A stretch of DNA of 64,000 nt, taken from assembly GCA_032718475.1 (NCBI GenBank), contig JAUCBJ010001501.1, positions 1 through 64,000 on the forward strand. The letters run 5' to 3'. Below, piece after piece: positions 13,701 through 26,999 of the stretch. This stretch comes from Nemertoderma westbladi. Its lineage: Eukaryota; Animalia; Xenacoelomorpha. The notes below the pieces were generated by a model, which saw only the letters and a program-made list of their open reading frames with translations, ran no database searches and was not told where the DNA came from. Made by a program: the position numbers and the translations under genes. The first letter of the stretch is position 1, and each line of letters starts with the position of its first letter.

Positions 13701-14050
13701 ACATCGCAAACTTGTACTTTTTGGTGATTGGTACGAAATTTGGTGCTAGCACCAAAATTTGCCAAATTACGCCGAAAAATACAAGTAGCAATGATCTGGC
13801 ATATTATAAATGTATTCCATTAGAATCAGCGCCCTAGAAAACCTGAAAATTAAAATTTATAACATCGTATAAGTGAATTAAAAATGTGTTCTAACTGAAA
13901 AGTGCTGGTTACTTGTTTTTTTCATTTTTTTCCTACGCAGGGAGGATTAAACACTAAACAGCCATTTATAGTAATCATATTATTTTTAAATATTTTCTAA
14001 TGTATTTTGCGCCCCAGAAAACCTGTCTTGAAAAACAATCAGCCGAAAAG
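10715..14050 (+). mobile_element. TTAA|CCC-type non-autonomous element with internal ~165-bp repeats, interrupted by RTE-B
   Basis: Starts TTAA-CCCTATT-G-run. GGTGCCAGCACCAAATTTT recurs at ~11099, 11267, 11432, 13580 and 13742. Paralogues at 16560, 31130 and 32130. Confidence 0.65.
11537..13478 (+). mobile_element. RTE-clade LINE family B, endonuclease deleted
   Basis: ORF 11690-12874 has the APE start (VGVQEHR) fused to RT (QNGFR, FVDFFKAFDS, QGDTLAP, FADD). (TAG)n tail. Perfect 44-bp TSD at 11493-11536 / 13479-13522. Confidence 0.93.
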
Positions 14051-14059
14051 TGTTAGGTA

Positions 14060-15608
14060 ACCTAACCCAGGAGGCACACTTGGTTCAGGGTGTAACAAAA
14101 GGACCCCTACAGTCGGCAGCAGGGTCGTAGGCCATGGATAGGCAGAAGGTAATCAACCAACGGCTAGACATGCTGACAAGGTCGGCGGAAGATAATCAAC
14201 CAACGGTGATCTACTGCGAAGATGCTTGTAGGAGTTGCGACCACAAGCGGTTTACTCCCGCAACTGAAAGATATGAGTATGAGAACCCTCCATGAGAAAT
14301 ACCGGCTCGGTCGTCGCCCGGGTCAACAAGGACCGCGTCCCCCAGTGGTACACCAGGCTGGGGTCGATAAATTGGGTACTGGAACAGAAGACCGAGAAGA
14401 AAGAAGAACCAACCTGTTAAAATATGTAAAAAGACAATAAAGATTGCTACAATGAACGCACGCACGCTGAAAGCACATACCAAACATGGTGACATGGTCG
14501 CTCTGGCAATGGAATATAACATCGACATCATCTGCATCCAAGAACATCGCATTTGTCATGAAGACACTACCATGAAGTACAGTGACATTGGAAATGGATG
14601 GACGTTAGTAACAAGCTCAGCAGTAAGAAACTCGGCCAATGCATCAATTGGTGGAGTAGGAATTCTGCTAAGCCCATTTGCACTTAAGACCCTAAACAAC
14701 ATCGAATCTATAAATTCCAGGGTTATTATCGCAACATTTGATGGGAATCCCAAGGCAACAGTTATATGTTGCTACAGTCCAACCAATGCCTCAGAGCCAG
14801 AACAAGCAGTCAAGTTTTATGAAGAACTGACTTTACTTATAAAGGACATTCCGAAACACAATGTTAAAGTCATTGCTGGTGACCTGAATGCCCAAATTGG
14901 CCCAGAAGACATCAAGGGTTACACCTATAACACCAGTTCTAACAGAAATGGGTACTTACTTTTAGACCTAATGGAAGAATGTGAATTGATACCAACAAAC
15001 AACACATTCGAAAAGAGTAAGGGGAAGCTATGGACCTTTCAATACCCTAATGGAACCAAAGCACAACTGGATTACATCCTCATAAACAAAAAGTGGCGAA
15101 ACAGCATGATCAACTGCGAGGCATACAGCTCGTTCAACCTAATTGGTTCGGACCACAGAATTGTGACTGCAGAGATTAGACTCAGTTTGAGAGCTAGCAA
15201 ACTCAGGACAAGCAAGCAAATCAAATATGACTGGGAAAAACTCAGAACTGACAATGCTGTAAAGGATGCTTATACAGTAGAAGTTCAAAACCGCTTTGAA
15301 GCACTTCAGTCAATGGATGAAGACCAATCCACCAATTCAATATACCAGAATATAATAACAGCCCACAAGGAATCAGCTAAGAGGCATATCCCCCAGAAAC
15401 CCAAACGAAAACAATATGTGCCATGGCAAAACTCTGAGGTTACTTGTAAGAGAGAAGATCTTAAGATAGCCTACAAAGTTAAAACCGAACAACCAACAAC
15501 CGGAAACATTAACAAGGTTGAGAAAGCTAAGGACGATCTTAAATTGGCCTACAACATCAGCCAGGAAAAGTACATACAGGATAAAACTGAAGCAATTACA
15601 ACTGCTCA
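14060..15608 (+). mobile_element. RTE family A copy 2 (5' UTR + intact APE domain, 3'-truncated)
   Basis: ORF 14452-: NARTL, CIQEHR, YSP, GDLNA, LDYIL, SDH. Near-identical to copy 1 where they overlap. Confidence 0.93.
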
Positions 15609-15614
15609 ATGTCT

Positions 15615-16477
15615 TAATGGCCTGCATGGCTAATAAAACTAATATAATTTATTGGTTAAGGGCCAGCATGGCTAATATAATATTTTGGATAAGGGCCAGC
15701 ATGGGTAATATATTTTTTTGGTTAATGGCCTGCATGGCTAATAAAACTAATATAATTTATTGTTTAAGGGCCAGCATGGCTAATTTAATTTATTGGTTAA
15801 TGGCCAGCATGGCTAATATAATATATATTGGTTAAGGGCCAGCATGACTAATATAATTTTTTGGTTAATGGCCAGCATGGCCAATATAATATATTGGTTA
15901 AGGGCCAGCATGGCTAATTTAATTTATTGGTTAATGGCCAGCATGGCTAATATAATATTTTGGATAAGGGCCAGCATGGCTAATATATTTTTTTGGTTAA
16001 TGGCCTGCATGGCTAATAAAACTAATATAATTTATTGGTTAAGGGCCAGCATGGCTAATATAATATTTTGGATAAGGGCCAGCATGGCTAATATATTTTT
16101 TTGGTTAATGGCCTGCATGGCTAATAAAACTAATATAATTTATTGGTTAAGGGCCAGCATGGCTAATTTAATTTATTGGTTAATGGCCAGCATGGCTAAT
16201 ATAATATTTTGGATAAGGGCCAGCATGGCTAATATATTTTTTTTGGTTAATGGCCAGCATGGCTAATAAAACTAATATAATTTATTGGTCAAGGGCCAGC
16301 ATGGCTAATATAATATTTTGGATAAGGGCCAGCATGGCTAATATAATTTTTTGGTTAAGGGCCAGCGTGGCTAATATAATTTTTTGGTTAAGGGCCAGCC
16401 TGGCTAATATAATTTATCGGTTAATGGCCAGCGTGGCTAAAATAATATATATTGGTTAAGGGCCAGCATGGCTAATT
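15615..16477. repeat. ~33-bp minisatellite (GGCCAGCATGGCTAATATAATTTATTGGTTAA) with higher-order variants
   Basis: Direct tandem periodicity; 42-bp variant units contain AAAACTAAT. Confidence 0.95.
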
Positions 16478-16559
16478 AACTATTCACAATTAACAATTTT
16501 TAAATATGCCGCATTTACCCCATGACGCCCTTACCCGCATTCACCCAATAGCTTCATTT

Positions 16560-17220
16560 TTTAACCCTACTTTTGGCACTTTTTTGAGACATTCTTTGAA
16601 AATTACATTTCATAAAATACGATTTGCAAAATAAATATTTTTGAATTACACCTGTTTTTTGATGTTCGTAATTAGATGGAATTCATATAAAATAAGTTTA
16701 GAAATTTCAAACTTGTTTTTTCGGCGGGTGCGAAATTTTGGTGCCAGCACCAAATTTGAAAATACATCGATTTTGTAAATAGGTTGTTTGAACCTATTTT
16801 TTTGCGCAATATGTTTTTTTGGGATTCTCTTTTCGATTGAATATTTAAGAGTTGCACCATATATATCAATATTGTATTTTTCGATACTGTGTGTAAAATT
16901 TGGTGCAAGCACAAAATTTTAAAAACTATTCAATAGTTAATTAGATTATGACATCTTATTTCTTGCATTTTAGAGGATTATCGGGGTTCTGAATTCAATG
17001 GAATAAATAATTATATAACTAGACATCTTAAACTTGTATTTTTCGAAAGTGGGTGCAAAATTTGGTCCTAGCACCAAATTTTGAAACCTATCAAATATAT
17101 AAATTGATCGTGTCACCTTGTTACTTGCGTTATACAGTACGGGTTTGTGGTGTTTCTGAATTCAATTGATTAAGTGAAAATATAAATCAAAATTTGTGCC
17201 AAAATTTGAAAAATAGCATG
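16560..17220 (+). repeat. Paralogue of the ~165-bp-repeat element
   Basis: Aligns with 10915-11530 (CTACTTTTGGCACTTTTTTGAGAC; GGTGCCAGCACCAAATTT). Confidence 0.8.
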
Positions 17221-17669
17221 ACTGGCACGAATAATTCCATCAAAAATTGACATAACTTTACAAAGGTTTCAGGTAATTGGAATCTACGTCAAATTTTGCA
17301 TTAGTTTGGATGTTTTCTAAAGAAAGTTAAAATTCTCTAATTTTTTTATTGGACCACCTTAAGTGTGTATTAGTGTATGATACAGCACATTTAAAATATT
17401 TATATAATACAACCTTTAGTATAGGTTTCGAACGACCGCTCTTTTCTGGTCTGCTGTAGAAAATTCTGAAATTCCTCGATATTTTTTTGGTTACCAGTGC
17501 GTATATCATATGATTATTCTAAGATAATATATTCTCCACCCAAATTAATACACATAAATTTTGTAAAATTTGTATATAATATGCACCATGGTGCATGATT
17601 TTTATGCAGTTTGGGAATGTATAGAGATACTGTTACATACTGTTAGAACGAAGATAATAAATAAGCCAA

Positions 17670-18050
17670 TGTCAGCGACTAAATTTAATACGTACAGAAC
17701 TACAATGAACCCCGACTTGGAACCACACCCCATTTACTCCTGTTTAAATCCGCTGATCCCCGACCACAACAGAAAACATTTCACTAAATTGCGTCTAATG
17801 TCCCACAGACTTAAGGTTGAAACGGGTCGTTGGAGTCGCATCCCTCCTGAGCAACGTATCTGCTGCTGTAACACAAACCTAATACAAGACGAGCCTCACG
17901 TACTATTATTTTGTCACCTGACGGATGATATAAGAATAGAATACGGACTAAAATATAATAGTTTGATAGACTTGTTTAAAGAAACGTACAGTGCACCGGT
18001 ACTACTATGTAAATTTATTGAAGCAGTATTAAAAGTTTTTTCGAAATTAA
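17670..18050 (+). pseudogene. 3' end of a LINE ORF2 (RTEX/Crack-like zinc-knuckle tail)
   Basis: KLRLMSHRLKVETGRW...RICCC...DEPHVLLFC. Confidence 0.75.
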
Positions 18051-18735
18051 TTAATAAATTAGAAATAATAATATTAGTAAGTGTTATTTACTTTTATATT
18101 TACTTAGTTTGTGCAAAAATTATATTGATTATATTAATATTGCTGTTTTTTGCGATCGTAATACATTACTATTAGGCTATACTGTAGTGTGCAAAATATG
18201 ATTTTGGCGAAAATTAAAGGCTGAACGGGCCAGTAAACCGTTCACTACTACTACTACTATAACAACCAGGGCCATATTTAGGGGGGGGGGGGGGGGGGGG
18301 GCGAAGGCCCCCCCACCACAGGGGGCCCCCCACCACGATCCCACAACTATAGTGATCGACCAAACTATTGAGGAGCCGAACCGGAACCGAACTGAAATGG
18401 AACATAGCAATTTTGAATTTTGTCACTTATTTTTCCCAAACTGCCAAAATAAATGAAAAACAAAAACAAAAAGTTCGTGTGAAAAACAGTAAATATTTTT
18501 ATATCTTGTGAAAAAATATTTTTTTCACTTTTGATTCTTGCATTTTTTGATCAGATGTTTTTATATTGATATAAACAGGAACATGCTTCAAATTTCTAAT
18601 TTCTACGTTTAATATAGGGATGTGAATTTTCCTGAAAAATGTTTTTTGTATTATTATTATTATTATTACACTCTATTAAAATTAATATTAAAATGGGGAA
18701 ACACCATCAAGTCTCAATTAAATTACACTAATAGG

Positions 18736-20492
18736 TGAAAGCACATAGCAAACAGGGTGACATGGTTGCTCTGGCAATGGAATATAACATTGACATCATC
18801 TACATCCAAGAACATCGGATTTGTCATGAAGACACTGCCATGAAGTACAATGACATTGGAAATGGATGGACGTTAGTAACAAGCTCAGCAGTAAGAAACT
18901 CGGCCAATGCATCAATTGGCGGAGTAGGAATTCTGCTAAGACCATTTGCACTTAAGACCCTAAACAACATCGAATCTATAAATTCCAGGGTTATGATCGC
19001 AACATTTGATGGGAATCCCAAGACAACAGTTATATGTTGCAATAGAACAAGCATATAGAACAAGCAGTCAAGTTTTATGAAGGAAGATCTGACTGGACTT
19101 ATAAAGGACATTCCAAAACACAATGTTAAAGTCATTGCTGGTGACCTGAATGCGCAAATTGGCCCAGAAAACATCAAGGGTTACACCTATAACACCAGTT
19201 CTAACAGAAATGGGTACTTACTTTTAGACCTAATGGAAGAATGTGAATTGATACCAACAAACAACACATTCGAAAAAGGGGAAGCTAAAGACTTTTCAAT
19301 ACCCTAATGGAACCAAAGCACAACTGGATTACATCCTTATAAACAAAAAGTGGAGAAACAGCATGATCAACTGCGAGGCATACAGCTCGTTCAACCTAAT
19401 TGGTTCGGATTGTGACTGCAGAGATCAGACTCAGTTTGAGAGCCTGCAAACCCAGGACAAGCAAGCAAATCAAATATGACTGGGAGAAACTCAGAACAGA
19501 CAATGTTGTAAAGGATGCTTACACATTAGAAGTTCAAAACCGCTTTGAAGCACTTCAGTCAATGGATGAAGACTAGTCCACCGATTCAATATACCAGAAT
19601 ATAGTAACAGCCCTCAAGGAATTAGCTAAGAGGCATATTCCCCCCAGAAACCCAAACGAAAACAGTATGTGCCATGGCAAAACTCTGAGGTTACTTGTAA
19701 GAGAGAAGATCTTAAGATAGCCTACAAAGTTAAAACCGAACAACCAACAACAGAAACATTAACAAGGTTGAGAAAGCTAAGGACGATCTTAAATTGGCCT
19801 ACAACATCAGCCAGGAAAAGTACATACAGGATAAAATTGAAGCAATTACAAGTGCTCACATACAGCAACAATCAAGACTTACCTGGCAAACTGTAAATGA
19901 GGTATCTGGTCGGAAAAGTTGTGCAAAGGGTCGCCTCAAAGCCGATAGTCCCGAAGAACGTGTTGGGAAGTGGAAAAATCACTTCAGCAACTTGCTTGGG
20001 CAGCCACCAAACATCGAGGTCAGCCCTACAAGGAAAATATATGACAAGACACTACCTATAGAAACAGGGGAAGTCACACCTGCCGAACTACAAAGAAGCA
20101 TTAATAGCATGTCCAATAATAAAGCAAGTGGATTAGATGAAATCCCAGCGGAGGTATGGAAAACAGGAGTGCTAAACAGACCATTATTGAATGTTTGCAA
20201 CCGGATGTTAAAAGAGGAAAAGCCACCACCAATTAGGTCAACTAAAGGTCAACTAAAGCCTCTCCCCAAGAAAGGAGACCTCTGTATACCAACAAACTAT
20301 CGTGGGATCTGTCTGTTTGTGGTAGCTGCCAAAATATACAATAAAATGATTCTATATAGGATTAGGCCTCACACAGAGAAACTACTGCGTAAGAGCCAAA
20401 ACGGATTTCGACCGAGTAGATCAACAATAGCTCGGCAGATACTTGCACTACAGACACTGATTGAAGGGATTAAGTCGAAGAATCTCCCCGCA
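18736..20492 (+). mobile_element. RTE family A copy 3 (degenerate, both ends truncated)
   Basis: High nucleotide identity to the other copies, with frameshifts and stops. Confidence 0.93.
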
Positions 20493-20577
20493 ATTGTTAT
20501 TAACAACTGTTTATATGCAGTTTTATATACGCAGTTATGCACAATGCATTATTTATTACATGCATTTTATATGCAAT

Positions 20578-21958
20578 TTCTACACATACACTACTGCTCT
20601 ACACATACACTACTGCTTTACGGCCTACACTACTGCCCTACACATACACTACTGTTCTACGGCCTACACTACTGCTCTATTCATACACTACTGCTCTACG
20701 GCCTACACTACTGCTCTACATATACACTACTACTCTACGGCCTACACTACTGCTCTACACATACACTACTACTGCTCTACAGCCTACACTACTGCTCTAC
20801 ACATACACTACTGCTCTATGGCCTACACTAATACTCTACACATACACTACTGCTCTACGGCCTACACTACTGCTCTACATATACACTACTGCTCTACGGC
20901 CTACACTAATACTCTACACATACACTACTACTCTACAGCCTACACTACTGCTCTACACATACACTACTGCTCTACGGCCTACACTACGGCTCTACACATA
21001 CACTACTACTCTACGGCCTACGCTACTGCTCTACATATACACTACTGCTCTCAGCCTACACCACTGCTCTACACATACACTACTGCTCTACAGCCTACAC
21101 TACTGCTCTACAAATACACTACTACTCTACGGCCTACACTACTGCTCTACAGCCTACACTACTTCTCTACACATACACTAATGCTCTACGGCCTACACTA
21201 CTGCTCTACATATACACTACTACTCTACGGCCTACACTACTGCTCTACACATACACTACTGCTCTACAGCCTACACTACTGCTCTACACATACACTACTG
21301 CACTACACATACACTACTGCTCTACGGCCTACACTACTGCTCTACACATACACTACTGCTCTACGGCCTACACTACTGCTCTACACATACAATACTGCTC
21401 TACGGCCTACACTACTGCACTACACATACAATACTGCTCTACGGCCTACACTACTGCTCTACACATACACTACTGCACTACGGCCTGGACTACTGCTCTA
21501 CACATACACTACTGCTCTACGGCCTACACGACTGCACTACACATACAATACTGCTCTACGGCCTAGACTACTGCTCTACACATACACTACTACTCTACGG
21601 CCTACACTACTGCACTACACATACACTACTACTATACGGCCTACACTACTGCTCTACGGCCTACACTACTGCTCTACACATACACTACTGCTCTACGGCC
21701 TACACTACTGCTCTACACATACACTACTGCTCTACGGCCTACACTACTGCTCTACACATACACTACTACTCTACGGCCTACACTACTGCTCTACATATAC
21801 ACTACTACTCTACGGCCTACACTACTGCTCTACACATACACTACTACTCTACGGCCTACACTACTGCACTACACATACACTACTGCTCTACAGCCTACAC
21901 TACTGCTCTACACATACACTACTACTCTACGGCCTACACTACTGCTCTACACATACAC
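20578..21958. repeat. Dimeric 19/20-bp (39-bp) minisatellite CACTACTGCTCTACACATA / CACTACTGCTCTACGGCCTA
   Basis: Direct tandem periodicity over ~1.4 kb. Confidence 0.95.
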
Positions 21959-22173
21959 AGTACAGTAGATCACATATGGACATCATTGCCGAATTCGATG
22001 TTCCCAAGGAAAACTATAATAAAGGATTATTAGTTCGCGGGTAATTGGCATTCGATTTCGTGAACTTTAAATTTGAAGATTTATCGAGATAGTGGAACCT
22101 ATAATGCACATTTCGATCTCTGAACAGAGCCATTGAATGAAGCTCCATAAGTAGTTGTTTCTGGGTTATTTCT

Positions 22174-23835
22174 ATGCAGTTACCAATGCCAACCGTTCAT
22201 GAACTGGCAGACGACCAATGGTACAACTCACCCATAACGGCGGATGAGGTGTTGGCTTCAATAGGGAAATCTTCTGATAAAAAGGCATGTGGACCTGATC
22301 GCGTTTTTAATGAGCATATTAAAATAAGCGCATCTGTGATCTTAACAACACTAGTATGTTTATACAACATGTGTTTAGACATTGGCAAAATACCACTCCA
22401 ATGGAAAACGAGTTTAATCAAGATAATGTATAAAGTGACGGGAAATAAATCATTACCGGACAATTACCGTGGGATAGCTTTAATCTGTGTCATGCTTAAA
22501 ATGCTGACCACTATTATAAACCAGAGAGTTAGAAAGCACATTGCTCACCTATTACCGGAAGAGCAGTATGGCTTTACGTGTGGTAAATCTACGTTGCATG
22601 CCCTTAAAAAGCTCCTTGACGACGTATCCACTATCATCAACAATGCCAGCCGCCCATCATCTCAGAGAGTAGTTTATGCAGCATTCGTAGACCTACGGAA
22701 GGCATTTGATCTTGTAAATCGATCAATCCTAATGTACAAGCTCTACACTATATTTGGCGTAAAGGGTAAAGTGTATAATCTTATCAGGGACATATTTCGG
22801 AACACAGTAAAAATTTACGATGGCATAAAACTCTCAAACCCAATAGAGCAGTTACGAGGAATACTCCAAGGAGACTGTTTTTCTCCAACATGTTTTTTGA
22901 TGTTCATCGCAGATCTTGCCTCGACATTACGTCTCATTGCTGATACTCTCAGGTTTATATTTTTCGCAGATGATTTAGTAATCTATTCATCAAATCGAGA
23001 ACACATTCAAACAGCGCTACACGAGCTCCACAAATGGTGCAAATTAAACAAAATGGCTGTAAATTTAAAGAAAACCAAAATTTTGAAATTTAGAAGGGGA
23101 GGCCCATTACGCAGAACAGATAAATTAATATACAATAATGAGAATGTGGAATTTTGTAACCATTATAAATATTTGGGAGTTATCTTGCAGCCAACACTTT
23201 GTTTCTCTAAACATATAGATACGAAGAAGAGGATATCTTATGCCGCAATTGGCTGCTTGAGGAACCTGCAGCTAATATCAATAGCCACAGGGGTAAAAAT
23301 ATTTAGAATGAAAATAGAACCGATGGTCACCTACGCATTTTCTGAGATTGGCATATATTTTACACTATCCAACCTCAAAGACATAGATAGAATAAAAGCA
23401 GCTTTTATGAAACGTCTTCTAGGATTGCCAAAAAATGCGTCCAATACAATGGCTTTGAAACTTATAGGCACTCCAACCTTTATAGAAGATCTAATAACGA
23501 AAAGACCCTTAATGTTCAAGGCAAATATTATTGAACAATACAAAGCTTGCCGTGTTGAAAAGGAAACAATATTTGAATCCATGAATTATAAACGTGGACC
23601 TGCCTTCGCATCAGAAACTTGGAGACAGCCTGGACAAACCAACCGACATGCTGTGACAAGAGCTACATTCCATGGATTCCATTATAAAATCTGTTCCAAT
23701 AAACATCCTTTCCATGAAATTAGCACTGATTGCCGCTGTATCTACTGCGATGAAGAAGATATACAACTACATCATGCATTAACATGCAAGGGCTGTCTCT
23801 CTCTCAACGCACTAGCAAACAACTATGCATTGTAA
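22174..23835 (+). CDS. Non-LTR retrotransposon reverse transcriptase (RTEX-like), 5'-truncated
   Basis: 553-aa open frame: GPD, NYRGI, QYGF, FVDLRKAFD, QGDCFSP, FADD, YKYLG and a C-terminal Cys/His cluster. AATAAA near 23897. Confidence 0.88.
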   Translation: MQLPMPTVHELADDQWYNSPITADEVLASIGKSSDKKACGPDRVFNEHIKISASVILTTLVCLYNMCLDIGKIPLQWKTSLIKIMYKVTGNKSLPDNYRGIALICVMLKMLTTIINQRVRKHIAHLLPEEQYGFTCGKSTLHALKKLLDDVSTIINNASRPSSQRVVYAAFVDLRKAFDLVNRSILMYKLYTIFGVKGKVYNLIRDIFRNTVKIYDGIKLSNPIEQLRGILQGDCFSPTCFLMFIADLASTLRLIADTLRFIFFADDLVIYSSNREHIQTALHELHKWCKLNKMAVNLKKTKILKFRRGGPLRRTDKLIYNNENVEFCNHYKYLGVILQPTLCFSKHIDTKKRISYAAIGCLRNLQLISIATGVKIFRMKIEPMVTYAFSEIGIYFTLSNLKDIDRIKAAFMKRLLGLPKNASNTMALKLIGTPTFIEDLITKRPLMFKANIIEQYKACRVEKETIFESMNYKRGPAFASETWRQPGQTNRHAVTRATFHGFHYKICSNKHPFHEISTDCRCIYCDEEDIQLHHALTCKGCLSLNALANNYAL

Positions 23836-24304
23836 ACAATGATACATTATTGCAACTTCGTTCTGTGCACGTTCTTTTACAATTTATTTATTAACTAATA
23901 AAATATTCCTTTTACCCCGGTTTGGGGTGTATCTTGTTTTAAAATTTCTATGCAGTTACTAAAGATTGAGTAAATCATTTTTTAAATGGATTTTCCTTAC
24001 CAATATTACTTTTCATAACATAATTCTAGAAACACCAATGGAAAACTTATATTATTCAATAATATATCATGAGAAGGAATATTTCATATTATATTATTTA
24101 GCTGCTATTTTAACTTTTATTTACAATAAATAAAATTATTTTATTTTTAGTTTGAATAGTATGGTGTGATGACTCATCTATTCCTTCTATTATCGTTCTC
24201 GCTATTCCTTGTTCAACAACAAGTAGAAGATCATAGTAGCCATATATGGTGGTGGTGAACAATTATTATATTTATTGTGTTGCACCTTTAACCTTACGTC
24301 ATAC

Positions 24305-24551
24305 GGCAGGGTAGCTCAGTTGGTTGAGAGGCCGGGCCTGCAATCTATTGGTTGTAGGTACGAGCCCCCCCCCCCCCCCCCCAGGGTCCACTCAGCCTTT
24401 CATCCACTAGGGTCGATAAAATGAGTACCAGTTAAATAACTGGGGGCAAATCTTGGGATAGGAGTAGCACCTACCCCTACCATCGGGTAGCAGCTATCGA
24501 AAGGGGAGCCTTCGGGTCGCCTCCGGCTTCGGCCGACTGTTTGTTTTGTTT
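24305..24551 (+). mobile_element. tRNA-derived SINE with Nin-type core domain
   Basis: A box TAGCTCAGTTGG, degenerate B box, core CCACTCAGCCTTTCATCC...GGTCGATAAAATGAGTACC, T/G-rich tail. Confidence 0.8.
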
Positions 24552-24598
24552 GCCTTTAATGTGTAATTGATTATATTATTTTGATGTTAACTGTATCC

Positions 24599-25302
24599 GT
24601 GAGGTTTGATCAAGAAACCGACATACGGTTAACAAAAAATAATTTCGTGTTTTTTATTGATTCAAATAAACATTTTTATGCTGAATCGATCACACTGAAA
24701 ACAGATTGCAAATCCGATAAAATGTTGTCGAGATATTGAGTTTTGAAAATTAGTAGTCTAATGACCAAATATTAACAAAGTTTTGAGAAAAACGGCTTTG
24801 CAGCATTATTTTAATTTTTATTATTATTGGAGATCACTCTGTCTGTCTGTCTGAATACCTTGTCTGTTTGTCTGTCAAAAAATATAACAAATAAATAAGT
24901 AAAGCACCACCACCTACATTTTTTTGCTATTGGGCTTTTATCTGCCGATGATTTCAATTGCGATGTCGGTTTTCACTATTTACCGAATCTAGACGATTGT
25001 CTGCCTGTCAGTCAGTCTGTCTGTTTTTGGTATGTCTGTCTTTCTGTTAAAATTTAAGAAAGCGTACAAACTCTTTAAAGTTTGTGCTATAGGGTTTTCC
25101 TTGGTGGTAATAACATTGAAAATGTCACTGGGTGGTAATTACATTTAAAATTTCACTTTTCCAGTTTGATGAAATATAGACTTTCTGTCTGTCTGAGAAA
25201 TAAATCAAATTAACAAACAATTTTATTTATGGGGTTTTATTGGTCGGTGATTTCATTTCCGATATGTATTATTACGTATTATTGATTATTTAAGGTTTGT
25301 AA

Positions 25303-25333
<31 letters not shown>

Positions 25334-25891
25334 AAAAATGACAGTCAGGATCGCGTCAAACCCATAAATCGACATTGGAAATAGAATCGTCATCCAAGAA
25401 AACCCCCAAAGCAAAACATTTTGTTAGATATCATGTTTCCCTAATTTTTGACAGACAAACCGACACCCAGACAGAGAGACTGATCGACAGTCTAGAATCC
25501 GTCAGAAGAACCATCCAACCAGAAGCAACAGGGGAAGTAACATTTGAAATGAAATCAACGAACAGGAAAACTCATAGCGAAAATTATCCTGTATGACAAA
25601 TACAATTACAGTAATTTGAAAAACTAATGCCTATCTTACAATAAAATTGGCCCCTTAAATTTATAATAATTTCAAAATTAGTGAAGTCTACAAAAAATCA
25701 AATAACTCCAAAACTATAATAGATATGAAAATTTCGTTTACAATTTCAGAATTACCAACAAATTCCGTTCTAGAATAAGTAAAAAAATAAAATTCGATTT
25801 TTTAAAACCAAATGAACTATTTTTACTTCAACCTCTAATTCTGTGAAATAATATTTTGCAACGCTAGGTCGATTTCTTGATCAAACCTCAC
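24599..25891. mobile_element. Non-autonomous TIR element
   Basis: Inverted termini GTGAGGTTTGATCAAGAAA(C/T)CGAC. Internal (TCTG)n-bearing subrepeats. Confidence 0.7.
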
Positions 25892-26999
25892 CTATACTTA
25901 CCACATAATTGGATTTTCTTTGCTGTCTATGAAGCTACTTCCCCTGCAGGCCATTTATCCTATTTAATACAGTAAAAATACAATATTCTGAATCATTTTG
26001 TTCATCACATACGTAGCTGGGCAACAATGCAATACCTCTTTAATTATACTATTACGTAGCTATTCATGCATAAACAAAATGTTCTAGAATATGATATTTT
26101 TACTTAATAGAATAAAATAACCTCGCACAGATGCAAAACCATGCAACTTTTGAACTATCAAATCTCAGAAATTTTTCAACAAATTCAGATTATGTTACAT
26201 ATTTTGAAACCTTGCATGGCCAGCTTTCAATCAGTACCAACAAATCACTATAATATTGAAGAATAACTGAAGTGTAACTGGTGAAAAATATAGCCGGAGA
26301 CACCATTTTCAAACTTTGTAGTATTTATAATTGTATGTGTATCGTATATGTAATCATTGTTTACCATACAGTAAGAATGTTTTAGCAGAATATGTATCAA
26401 AAATTTTATTCAAAAATTGTAAATTCTTAAATTTAGAGCGTTACGGCCCTCGTTTACATCACTCGTTGCGTAACGCTATAAATTGCTATTTTATGAACAA
26501 TGGCTTAATGTTAAATTAAGTTAAAGATATAACTATTTACATACTTGTGTGTAAAGTAGGCCTAGCACTTTACAGTGTGATGATCCGAGTGCTTTGTTAC
26601 AAGAACGAACGTAATGAGTGAATGAGTAATGAATGAGGATCGCCTAGAACACTGTAAAGTACTTTGCTACAAGTGTATGTAGTTTTATTCCAAAATTTTA
26701 ACATTACGAAATGATTGTATATATATTATAAGTGATAGAAACTGCACAAATTAAATTGACATTGACATAAATTATGTTATAAAAATATTAGCTTATATTT
26801 ATGGTGGTGTTTGGAGCCATGTTAATTGTTTATACCTACTGGTTATTAATAGCTAACGGTAGGTAATGCAGTAGGCCTTATCTGGCTGTCAGGCAATTTA
26901 TATTAGATTCCAACTATTGTGTATGTGGTTACCATGACGGCGTAACTTTACGGTCACGCAGCTTTACACTTTACCTAAATAATAACACGAAATACAATA

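Noticed and set aside
15518-16459. Hydrophobic repeat ORFs (WLRASMANII)
   Set aside because: These are translations of the 33-bp minisatellite, with frame switches.
20461-22044. 527-aa and overlapping repetitive ORFs
   Set aside because: These are stop-free translations of the 39-bp minisatellite.
24305-24380. tRNA gene
   Set aside because: No cloverleaf; it is the head of a SINE.
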